Source of the DNA: Thecamonas trahens ATCC 50062
Lineage: Eukaryota; Protista; Apusomonadida
Direction: 5' to 3'
DNA length: 64,000 nucleotides
Assembly (NCBI RefSeq): GCF_000142905.1
Contig: NW_013657628.1
Location: 236,267-300,266, forward strand
The notes beneath the pieces are model-generated. The model saw only the letters and a program-made list of their open reading frames with translations. It was not told the DNA's origin and did no database searches. How positions within the stretch are numbered: position 1 is the stretch's first letter; each line of letters starts with the position of its first letter. This document shows positions 31,525-42,700 of the stretch, piece after piece. A program made the position numbers and the translations under genes.

Positions 31525-33447
31525 CTATGAAAGAAGCGAGGAGATGATGGTCTCTATGTCGCCCAAGACTTGCGCGGAGAGTGTGTAGTCGTTGTCAAAG
31601 GAGGCGCGGTCGAACGAGTCACCGATGGGCACGATCCAGTGGTTGTGACCGTTTGCGGCAGAGATGTGATAAAGGAAGGCGTCTGGAGGGGTGAGGGTGA
31701 GCTCGATGACGACCGAGCCGTGTGGGCAGAAGAGAAGGCCTGCAAGGTGTGAGCCAGTGATGCCGATGACGACGTTGGTCTGCTGCCAGGTGCGGACCTG
31801 GTCGACGAGCGAGTCCTCGCCGGGGTCATACATGGAGACGGAGGAGGAGTGCGAGGCGCCTGCCGCCGCGATGACAGTGCGGAGGCGGGCGACAAGGTCT
31901 TCGGCGTTGTCGATGTTGCGGCCGATGCCGTGCTGGGCGATGATGATGTGGAGGTCTGCGGGGGGCGGGGGCGCGAAGCCGGGCGGTGAGGCGAGCGGCG
32001 AGGCGGGCGTGACCGAGGCGGACGGGGCGAGGTGCTGGACGATAGCTTTGCCGACAGCGGCGATGCGGGACAGGTCCGGCAGCATCTTGTAGTGGAGCGG
32101 GGCGTAGTAAGTGTCGAGGATGGCCCCGGCGTAGACGAGCTCGGAGGAGCGGTCGATGGTGCGGGCAGCGATAGAGGCGACGGCGGCGTCTGCGGTGGCG
32201 GAGCGGGGGTGCGCAAAGCGCGAGCGAATGACGGCTTCGAGAGTGTCGGGCAGGTAGATGGACTCTGCGAGGAGGTAGATCTCTTCGTGGGCGATGAGAA
32301 CGTCTGCAAGCCAGAGCATGCGCTCGAGGGTTTCGATGGTCCAGTGAAAGAAGTGGATGTCGAAGCGGGTGCGGAAGAGGGCGAGGACCGGGACGGTGTG
32401 GACAGTGGTGACGCGGCCGTCGCCAAAGAAGAGTCCGCCATCGTCTTTGCGAGCGATGCGGGGTGGCAGCGGCTGGGTATCGACGTTGACGGGGACAACC
32501 TCGTCGAGCACGATCTCGGGCTGCGGCGGCTGGGTCTCGATGGCTGAGGTGTGGCGCATGAGCGGGTTGAGCTCTTGGATTTCGCCGCGGGCAGCATTCC
32601 ACAGCACGATCCGCTGATTGAGCGAGATGGGGAGGGGGTGGTCGCGCCAGAGCCAGGCGTTGCGGGCGAGAGCGGTGTAGGTGTGGCGCGGGGCCGGGGA
32701 GGCGAGGCCAGCCGGCGGCCAGGTCCGGGCGCTGGGTGGATAGGCAGCGGCTTCGGCCAGGGCCTCTTCAACGGACGCGCCGCCGCTGCGGGGAGGCTGT
32801 CCGTCCGGAAGATGGCAGAAGAAGGCCCAGTCCTGGCGGTACATGGCATCGCGGCACCATGCATGGCGCGAGGCCGGGCGGAGAAAGAGCGGCGCCGGGC
32901 GGACGACCGGCACAATGGCAGCGGCACAGAGAACCTCGAGATCGGAATCGCCGCCACGGGCGTAGACCTCCTCAAGCACGTTGGTGATGCGCTTGATGGG
33001 AGTTGACATGCCTTCCTCTGGCTGCGGAAGCCAGGCTTGCGGGAAGAGGCCTCTCTCTTCTGCATCATCAAGCGAGATCGAAGCCAGCTCGGGCAAGTTA
33101 GCCATTTTCAGAACTGCAAGCATGTTTTTTGGTGGCGAGCAAAATAAAGCCGGCAACTGGCCAAAGGTCGCATCGACAGCAGAATCAATGATGCGCTGTG
33201 TGGCATGGTCCGGTAGCACTTGGCTCGGCACTTGATAGCTTCGAGCAGCTGGTTCTGGAGGTGGTCGCAGAGGAAGAAAGCGGTGACGAGCTCGTGACGA
33301 TGACCATGCCGACGATGACCATGACCATGACGATGACGATGAGTGCGACGAATTGGGGAGGAAGGATGACCATGTAAAGTTGAGCACTACAAGAGCTAGT
33401 ATGGTGGCCACAATCATCCTACGGACACCAAACTTGGCGAGTACCAT
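31525..33447 (-). CDS. Glycosyltransferase family 61 (DUF563)-like type II membrane protein
   Basis: N-terminal anchor (MIVATILALVVLNFTW); HFFHWTIETLERM and SLVDQVRTWQQTNVVIGITGSHLAGLLFCPHGSVVIEL match the GT61 NYxHW..E.LPR and S..EQ..F...DVV.G.HGA.L.N..F..PG..VIEL motifs. Confidence 0.8.
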   Translation of the reverse strand: MVLAKFGVRRMIVATILALVVLNFTWSSFLPNSSHSSSSSWSWSSSAWSSSRARHRFLPLRPPPEPAARSYQVPSQVLPDHATQRIIDSAVDATFGQLPALFCSPPKNMLAVLKMANLPELASISLDDAEERGLFPQAWLPQPEEGMSTPIKRITNVLEEVYARGGDSDLEVLCAAAIVPVVRPAPLFLRPASRHAWCRDAMYRQDWAFFCHLPDGQPPRSGGASVEEALAEAAAYPPSARTWPPAGLASPAPRHTYTALARNAWLWRDHPLPISLNQRIVLWNAARGEIQELNPLMRHTSAIETQPPQPEIVLDEVVPVNVDTQPLPPRIARKDDGGLFFGDGRVTTVHTVPVLALFRTRFDIHFFHWTIETLERMLWLADVLIAHEEIYLLAESIYLPDTLEAVIRSRFAHPRSATADAAVASIAARTIDRSSELVYAGAILDTYYAPLHYKMLPDLSRIAAVGKAIVQHLAPSASVTPASPLASPPGFAPPPPADLHIIIAQHGIGRNIDNAEDLVARLRTVIAAAGASHSSSVSMYDPGEDSLVDQVRTWQQTNVVIGITGSHLAGLLFCPHGSVVIELTLTPPDAFLYHISAANGHNHWIVPIGDSFDRASFDNDYTLSAQVLGDIETIISSLLS

Positions 33448-34403
33448 GTCTAGGAACTATACTACCTGCAGTAAGAGTGGGGTGGAGGGAGGTGGAGGGA
33501 GGAGATAGGGAGAGCAGGTGGTGTGCGTGGGGGGCTGTGAGTGACGTGGGATGGGCTGACCGTGGCCGAGGGGGGGGATTTTTGGGTTGGGCAGGCCAGG
33601 GGTTTTGGGGGGGGGGATGGGGGGGATGAGTGGGNNNNNNNNNNNNNNNNNNNNNNNNNNNNNNNNNNNNNNNNNNNNNNNNNNNNNNNNNNNNNNNNNN
33701 NNNNNNNNNNNNNNNNNNNNNNNNNNNNNNNNNNNNNNNNNNNNNNNNNNNNNNNNNNNNNNNNNNNNNNNNNNNNNNNNNNNNNNNNNNNNNNNNNNNN
33801 NNNNNNNNNNNNNNNNNNNNNNNNNNNNNNNNNNNNNNNNNNNNNNNNNNNNNNNNNNNNNNNNNNNNNNNNNNNNNNNNNNNNNNNNNNNNNNNNNNNN
33901 NNNNNNNNNNNNNNNNNNNNNNNNNNNNNNNNNNNNNNNNNNNNNNNNGGGTGGGGATGATGGGGATGGGGATGGGGATGATGGGAATGGTGGAGGGGGA
34001 TGATGGGGATGGGGGTGGGGATGATGGGGATGGGGATGGGGATGATGGGAATGGGGGTGGGGATGATGGGGATGGGGATGGGGATGATGGGGATGGGGAT
34101 GATGAAATTGATGGTGGCTTTGTTGGTAGTCGTAGTGATTCGAAGTGGCCGTCGTCACGATCACTAGCGAGCGATCATCAATCAGTCTCGAACTCACACC
34201 ATGCCTTGTCTATTTCTAATATCACACCATCAAGCCCTGAATGACATCAAGAGCTACTTGTCGAGCTGTGTGATGCCCTCGGACATGAAAGCTATGGCCA
34301 AGAGGCGGTGCTTGATGCGGTCGACAGCGCGCAGAGTGCGCGGTTTGGTGATCACGAGCTCAATTCATTTTCGCTGCATGCAAAACCGATTCCCACCTCA
34401 AAA

Positions 34404-37400
34404 TCATCCGTTAAAACTGGCCGAGTAGTTGTCCTCGCGCGGAGCGGAAGACTCTGTGTTCGATGAGCGGAGGAGAGCAAAGCGGATGGCGATGACGGAA
34501 GCAGCAATAAAGACGATGACGCAGACGGCGACGGTGCCTCCGGAGATGGCAGAGGCGGTGATGGCGATGAGGAAGATGGCGGCGGCGATGGCGGCGATGG
34601 CGGCGATGGCGACACGCCAGCGAGAGATAGAGGCCCAAGCGGTGATGGCAAGCGAGAGGCAGATGGCCAGCGCCGTGATGAAGACCTCCAGGTTGAGGCT
34701 GTCCTTGATGACGGCTGAGACAACGGAGATGGTGAGGACGAGGAAGAAGGGGACGGCGGCGACGGGAGCCCAGGCGGTGAAGAGGCCGGCCGAGAGGAAT
34801 CGGAGACCCTCTCGGATGAGGAAGAGGTTGAACCGCAGAGCATCGCTCGGCAGATGAGCGTCATTGGAGCTGGTTGAGGACTTGCGGGCGACAGCGATGG
34901 CACGGATGAGGACAGCGAGCGGGAAGCCGGCGACGTAGGCGACGGCGATGGGCCAGAGAAGAAGGATAGCGGCGGTCTTGTGGCTCCCGGCGTAGCACTC
35001 GGTGGCAATCTCGTGGTCGAGCCGCGAGACGCCATCGGCCAGAGTGGAGCACCCCAGCCCGGCGGCCGTCCTGTAGGCCATCGGGGTGTAGAAGACGGCG
35101 GCCATGAAGCCGAGTCCATAGGCAATCCACGATCGGCGGGCCACAGTGTTGGGCATGTCCTCCACCCACTCGGAGACCATGGTGTCCGGCTCTGACGACG
35201 GTGTCGATGAAGAAGTCGCCGCCGTCGACTCTGACGACGATGACGCTCCTGACGATCGGGCAGCACTGCTTGCCCTCTGGCTCCGATCGCGAGGAGTGGA
35301 GGCCCGCGAGGAGGTGAGCGATGAGCTGGAGTCGTAGCGGAAGACCGAGGCGGTGGTGTTCTGCCGGGCGAGCGTGGTGGTGCTCGTGTCCTGACGGAAG
35401 AGGAGCGAGGTCGAGGCCGAGATGCCCGTGGGGAAGGAGGCATCGCCTGCGGCCCAAAGCGGGATGGAGATCTCAAGATCATCAGCAGCCTTGTTCTGGA
35501 CCCGCGAGTGGCGGCAAGTGGCGATGATGGCGGCGATGATGAGCATGATGAGGAAGACGAGGACCAGGAGCGAGTAGAGGACCACAAAGTAGGGGCCGGA
35601 CCAGGGCGAGGCACAGGAGAGGGCAAAGAGCTCGGGATCAAAGAGGACGATGCCAGACCACTTGATGACAAAGATCCAAAAGGCCGAGGTGTTCTTGGCC
35701 GGGACCAGGATGATCATGTAGCGGATGATAAGGGCGACGAGCTGGACGGCGATGACGAGGGCCACAAAGATTCCGGCCGATCTGCGCGAGGCGCAGGCGA
35801 GGACAGCGGCGGTGATGATGCAGAAGACGATGAGGAAGATGATGAGAACGAGCCGCATGGCCGACGAGCCGCAGGAAATGCATGATCCGGAGGAGGAGAT
35901 GTAGTAGTCGGTGGCGCAGGCGGTGCAGCCAAAGCCGGTCCGTCCCTCGATGCACGAGGTGTGGGAGGCCGAGCCAAAGCCTGCTGCGCCGGCCGAATCC
36001 GACTCGGTCTCGCCGCCCGAATTGACGCCAGGCGGGAGAGAGGCACCGATGGAGAAGCCAGGACAGTCTTCAGGGACGGGGCACCTGGTCGGCGGCGTGT
36101 CGTCGTCGGCGTTCCAGTAGCCTGGCTGCGACCAGAGGCGATCGCCGCCTGGGCAGACAGCGCCGGGAAAGTCGGCGCAGTCACGGCAGACGCCATCACG
36201 GAGGACAAAGCCCGGCTGAGTGCACTCTGCATCATCGACGTAATACATCGAGTTGTTGACCCAGTACCGCTTGCTCTGCCCGCTCCCGTCGTCGTCCACC
36301 ACGATCCGCACCTGCGTGTAGCCGACCTTGGCCGACGGCGGCGAGACAAAGGCGATCTCACCGGCGCTGTTGACTGTCGCCGGGACAGCGACGTACCGCG
36401 GGCTCGTCGACTCGGGCGAGTCGTACACCGCCACCTCTACCATCACAGTGCCGGCGAGGGTAAAGTCCACCGCCGTCGATGCCGTTGACAGGACCATCGC
36501 CTTGCCTCCACCAACGTGCGACGCAGACGGCGCGTGGTTCCACACAATCGGTCGCGTCTCGTCCACGGTAGGCGGAGGCGGCGATGGAGGCGGCGATGGA
36601 GGCGGCGGGGGTGGCGGTGACGGGGACGGAGGCGGCGGCGATGGGGCAAAGAGCGGCGTCGGAGAGGGCGGCGGTGGTGGCGGCGGCAGCGNNNNNNNNN
36701 NNNNNNNNNNNNNNNNNNNNNNNNNNNNNNNNNNNNNNNNNNNNNNNNNNNNNNNNNNNNNNNNNNNNNNNNNNNNNNNNNNNNNNNNNNNNNNNNNNNN
36801 NNNNNNNNNNNNNNNNNNNNNNNNNNNNNNNNNNNNNNNNNNNNNNNNNNNNNNNNNNNNNNNNNNNNNNNNNNNNNNNNNNNNNNNNNNNNNNNNNNNN
36901 NNNNNNNNNNNNNNNNNNNNNNNNNNNNNNNNNNNNNNNNNNNNNNNNNNNNNNNNNNNNNNNNNNNNNNNNNNNNNNNNNNNNNNNNNNNNNNNNNNNN
37001 NNNNNNNNNNNNNNNNNNNNNNNNNNNNNNNNNNNNNNNNNNNNNNNNNNNNNNNNNNNNNNNNNNNNNNNNNNNNNNNNNNNNNNNNNNNNNNNNNNNN
37101 NNNNNNNNNNNNNNNNNNNNNNNNNNNNNNNNNNNNNNNNNNNNNNNNNNNNNNNNNNNNNNNNNNNNNNNNNNNNNNNNNNNNNNNNNNNNNNNNNNNN
37201 NNNNNNNNNNNNNNNNNNNNNNNNNNNNNNNNNNNNNNNNNNNNNNNNNNNNNNNNNNNNNNNNNNNNNNNNNNNNNNNNNNNNNNNNNNNNNNNNNNNN
37301 NNNNNNNNNNNNNNNNNNNNNNNNNNNNNNNNNNNNNNNNNNNNNNNNNNNNNNNNNNNNNNNNNNNNNNNNNNNNNNNNNNNNNNNNNNNNNNNNNNNN

Positions 37401-39108
37401 NNNNNNNNNNNNNNNNNNNNNNNNNNNNNNNNNNNNNNNNNNNNNNNNNNNNNNNNNNNNNGGTGGCGCAAAGAGCGCGGCGGAGAGGGCGGCGGCGGCG
37501 GCGATGCGGCGACGGCGGCGATGGCGGTGGCGGCGCAAAGAGCGGCGGCGGAGAGGGCGGCGGCGGCGGCGATGGTGGCGGCGGCGCAAAGAGCGGCGGC
37601 GGCGATGGTGGCGGCGGCGCAAAGAGCGGCGGCGGAGAAGGTGGTGGCGGCGGCGATGGTGGCGGCGGCGCAAAGAGCGGCGGCGGAGAAGGAGGCGGCG
37701 GTCCAAAGAGCGGCGGCGGGCTCGGGGGAGGGCTCGGCGGCGGGCTAGGAGGAGGGCTCGGCGGCGGCGGAGGGCTCGGCGGAGGGCTCGGCGGTGGCGG
37801 CGGCGAAGGCACCACGTGCTGGCACTGGGCAACAAAGACACGGCCAGACTCAAGCTCCGAGGCCGGAGCGCCGATGAGCAAATCAACGCAACCATTGCCG
37901 TTGAGCTCGCCGGCGTGAAGGGCGTAGCCGAGCTCGGCGCCGATAGAGATGGGCAGCTGGAGAAGAGGGACGGTCGAGTAGGAGAGGCGGACCTCTGTCT
38001 GGACGGAGAGTGTGGCCGGTCCTGCGTCAAGGAGCAGGACCGAGACAACGCCATAGTTTGGCCCGATGTCGGGCGCGCCTGGGGCGCCGACCACCAGATC
38101 GAGGCAGCCGTCGTTGTTGATGTCGGCCATGGCGACGGCGGCGCCGATCTGGGAGATGAGACCGAGCGACGGGCTGGGGTTCCACCCGATGGCCCCGTCC
38201 TCCACCACCACCACGTTGGTCACCGATGTGGTGGACCAGTCCATCTCCAGGAGATAGACCCGGCCGTAGAGGAGGTTGTGCAGCGGCGCGCCGACGGCGA
38301 TGACCGGCGAGCCGGTTCCGCGGAGGTCGCCGGCGGCAATGGCCGAGCCAAAGCCGCCATCAACGGCAAGTACGTTGAGGCCAGGCTGTGACTGGTCCAG
38401 GAGGGTGTAGCTAACGACAGAGCCATCGCTCCGCGAGAGCTTGGCGATGAGGATGGAGCCGTAGACGAGAGGAATCACGCCGCGATCCTTGCCGGCGGCA
38501 AGGCCGATGGCCACCATGGTGTGGGTGGCGTAGTTGACGCCCGGCACGCCTTCGATGACGGCCATGGCCGAGCCAAAGAGCTCCCCGACAAGAATGGTGC
38601 TAAGGCCGAGACCCGAGCTGTTCTCGATGACCGACGTCCCACTGATGGAGCCATCGCTGGCCAGAAAGACCACAATGGCCTTGCCCGTGAGGCCGAGGGT
38701 AGGCGCACCCACGAGGAGATCGGGCACGCCGTCACCGTTGAGATCGCCAGGCGCAGCGAGTGCAGAGCCGTACTTGCCGGCCACTCCAGCGATGATGCCC
38801 GAGAGCTGGGGCGTCAGCCGGTTGTGGACCACCGAAGAGCTGGCTGATCCGTCCGAGTTGAGGAAGACAATGGTGACGGTGCCAAAGGTGAGGTCGTCGA
38901 GCGGCGAGCCAAAGGCCATGTCGTTGACTCCGTCGCCATTGACATCACCCACAAAGACGATCGAGCTGCCAGAGCGCGAGGCGAGCGGATAGTTGACGGC
39001 GGGAGAGGTCGGGACGGAGATGTTGTCGAAGTTGACCGTGTTTGTCCCGCAACCGGTCACTATGCCCACACACGCTGACATGGTCAACATGATGGTCGCG
39101 ACCGTCAT
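34404..39108 (-). CDS. FG-GAP beta-propeller / Ser-Pro stalk / IPT-like / Cys-rich / ~9-TM membrane protein (one gene inferred across gap 36692-37461)
   Basis: Signal-like MTVATIMLTMSACVGIVTG; six FG-GAP repeats including GDVNGDGVNDMAFGSP, GDLNGDGVPDLLVGAP, ADINNDGCLDLVVGAP, GELNGNGCVDLLIGAP. PPPSPPPLFA-type repeats on both sides of the gap; CPGG...PGYW...C..GRTG..C..C...Y Cys-rich block; about nine hydrophobic segments. Confidence 0.8.
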
Positions 39109-39711
39109 CAGTGCCTTGCCAGCCGTGTTGCATCTAGCCAACACATAGCTGTGGTACTTCATGCTGACGAGAAAGGAGATCAAGGTCCTCCCGATACGCT
39201 GCGAGAGAGACGTCTGCCTCACTTGGTCCGCCTATCGCCCGAGCCGCAATTTGCGGAAGAAATCGCCACTCCCAGTCAAACGTTTCATTTTTTTCAATGT
39301 TCTACAGAGACCTTGTCGACGAACGTTTGCGAGCAAGCGTCATGGACACAAACTGATGGTAGCGTGCTACTTACAGCCTGCTGTTGACACTGTGCGAGTG
39401 GCCCTGATGGCCAGTTGAGTAGGATTCTCTCAGTGTGGCCGTAGCAGCAGAGTGTGCGCAAACATGGTTGCGTAGCGAACAAAACAGACATCCGACAGAA
39501 CAAGTGTATTTGCCAATTAGCTGTGCCGCACAATTCCGCACCGTACCTGCCATCACAGGCGCAAGACCAACAGCTGGGCGAGTCTGGGCGCGACAGAGAG
39601 GAAGCACGGTAGCAGTGGATAATGGGATCACGAGGAGGAGAAGGGGGCGCGTGGGGGGTAGGGAGGGGAGCCCTGGAGGGTGTGAATGTGGGTGCGGATA
39701 GGGCTGGTCTT

Positions 39712-42700
39712 TTACTCGGCGTGCGGCAATTTCTTGTGGGTGTCAAGCAACACCCTCGGTTGCCGGCCGAGCGGTTGCTCCGCTGGCTCGACGGCTTGAG
39801 ACTTCCTCGCATTTACTGTGCTGACCATCTTTGCCAGCACATAGGGACTCTTAGCAGTCGCAGCAACACACAGCACCTCAATCTGCACAACGATATGTTT
39901 GGCTATGTTTCGTTTGCATTCAATTGCGGCTCCGAGATGGAGAGCGCGATGGAAGCGTGCGAGTGGAGATGACTCGCATGGTGTCGTCGCTTGAGCTACT
40001 CGGGACCCGTGGTGCCGTGCGGTACCGGTCGAGTTGGTCCGCGGCGATGAAATCCGCGTTGAGAGCACTCGCATGGTGTCCGGATCGGACGACGAGAGAA
40101 CGCTCGACGTCGAGTTGTCCAGCGCGTCTGCCGACGGTACGGAGGCGATGATGAGGGCGGCAGGCTCTGCAGATGGAGTCCGCGAGCGCGAGCGCGAGCG
40201 CGATGAAGGCTGGTACGTCACACGCGATGAGATGATACGCATGTTGTCGCCGCTCGAGCTCGAGCTGCTTGAGGCCGAGATAAAGCGCGGCACTGGTCGC
40301 CCTGCATCACCTGAGGCACGGCGTTTGCGGCGCGCGACCGTGGCCTTGGGCGGCCCCGCCGAGGGCGTCGACGGCGAGCGCGTGAATGGGGACGCAGCGG
40401 TGGGCATGGGCCGGAGCCGGGCGTTCGCGGCACGAACGCGTGAGCGCGAACGCGATGGCGAACGCGAGTACGTCACGCGAGTCGACACAATTCGCATCAT
40501 ATCCCCCTCGGACGAGTCGTCACTAGAGACGTCCGAGATAGTTGGGACAGCAGGGTTAGCTGCTGCGACAGCCCGCGCCTTGGCGAGCATGCCAAACGGC
40601 ATCGAGGTTGAGCGGCCAAGGGCGGCCATCGGCGGCATGATGGGTATGGGGCTGCGGCTCGGTCCGGCAGAGTCAAGGCGGAGCTGCGAGAGGCGCGTCG
40701 CACTGACATTACGCGAGCGCGAGCGCGAGCGTGAGGGCGACGGATGAGAGACCCTGTTGGAAACAATGCGCATCGTGTCTGACGACGACGACGACGCCGC
40801 GACTGTGACTTGCGCCGAGGAAATTGGCGCCTGATGCTGGCGAGGTCGTGTCTGGATGGTTGCCAACGAGCGCGGCGAAGCCAGGCTGCCGACGCGCCGC
40901 AACGTCTCCAGCGAGGGATCCCGCGAGGGTCGGCTGCACGAGAGATCCCGAAGCGGGTTGGACAGATCGCGAGAGGCGGCTGTCGAGCGGCGGCGAGAGC
41001 GCGTGCGGCGGAAGGCACGAACCTCGCGCGAGTAGCTTCGAGAGCGGTCAAGGTGAATCTCGGACGACGGAGAGTGGAGCAGCTCGTTGAGCTTCTTCAG
41101 TGTCCCGTCGATCTCATCCCGCCGCGGCGACATGGGCATGGCCTGGGCGCGGCGCGGGTCGACATGAGCGTAGAAGTTGGGCGCATCAATCGAGCTAACA
41201 GACTCACTGTCGCTTGATGAAGCGGCAATGGTCGACGAGGAGTCGATGGGTGGCAGCTGAGCGTGGGATGCCGAGTCAACGGCAAGGTCGAGCGAGCCGA
41301 TGGACGCACCAAAGAGCTCAGCTTCGTTTGAGGCGCCAGGCACGACATCGGTGTCCGGTGTGGCACGTGGTGGGGTGAGGTCCTGGGCAAACATCTCGAC
41401 CCGGCGGCGCTGTGCCTCGGCGCGCTCAGCAGCCGAGACCAGGAGCGCCTGGCGTGAGGCGAGCGGAAGACCCTTGGTCGTCACACGGGCATTTGGCAGA
41501 GCAGGAATACCATCAACACCCGGCATGCTCAGCCGGCGGTTTGTCTGGCGAACAGGGATTGCATTGGGCGGCGAGGGGATGACCTGACCGGCTGCGAACG
41601 CAGTTGGCGGCTCTGGCGACGGGTCCTTGAGAAAACCACCAGAGATGACTCGAAGTGGCGGGAGCGGCGCGATAGACGGCCTGGACCGCGGTCGCGGCGC
41701 AGGAACGGCATCATTCGTACGACCAGGAGCCCGCGGGATCGGTGGGAGCGGAAGAATGGTCATGGTCGGCTCCGAGTACTCGTCCGAAAGCGACGACGTC
41801 GACGGGGGAGGGAGCTTGTCGGCGTCAAAGCGCTCGCGGTTCTCGCGGAAGAAAACGAGAGCAAAGCAGCAGAGGCAGCAACAGCAAAGCAGGACAATCA
41901 TGGCGAGGATGAAGATCCACCACCAGTCCCCGCGATTGCGGTAAAGGTCGGCGCCCGAAATGGTCGACACGAGGTCGTCATCACGGAGCACAAGCCGGAC
42001 GGCAGCATCGGTTGCAATACCAACGTCGCTGGCGGACGAGATGACCACATGCAGCAACTCATCAGGCTCCACCACGTCGTCACCAACTACAAACACGTTG
42101 ACAACCTTCTCCACTTCGCCAGGCGCAAACTGAGCCACCGTGTGTGTGATAGGCTCACCGAGCGGAGACCGAGCAAAGCCAAAGACGTCAAACGCGTCGG
42201 CAGCACTTAGCTCAGACTCGTCACGCGTCTGCACATCAGTGGGAAACACAAGATCCAGCTCAACATCGACGCGAGAGTGCATCGGCCGCGACAGCTTCAG
42301 GGTCACGTTTCCAATCGTACCTGTGAGATCCTTAGCGGTACCCTCATCGATAACAGCGTCCACAAACACCCATGCCAGCTCTGGCAGGCCATCGTCATTG
42401 ACAATGACCACCGCAACGTCCAGCGTCTCCAAGTAGGACGTGTCACGCGGAGTAAACACCAGCTCGAGGGTCTCATTGCGCTCGTGCATGAGATCACCCA
42501 GCACAGCAACGTCAACGTTCACCATCACCGCGCCGGGGCCGAATGTGACGGATGAACCGGACACACTCTCGCCACGCAGCTCGGCATCAACTCCCAGAGT
42601 CGCATCGCCACCAGTGGCTACATCAAGAACAACAACACGCTCCGAAGGACGCGATGCTTGCAGAACGAGACCAAGTAGCGCCTCACCAGAATCACCTTCA

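Noticed and set aside
23077-34288. Shared 16-mer ATGCCCTCGGACATGA near 23077 and 34273
   Set aside because: One copy is within coding exon 1 of the formin and there is no extended similarity, so it is probably chance.
34404-39108. Calling the FG-GAP protein a true integrin alpha or GPI-phospholipase D
   Set aside because: It lacks thigh/calf domains, the single TM-GFFKR tail and any catalytic domain.
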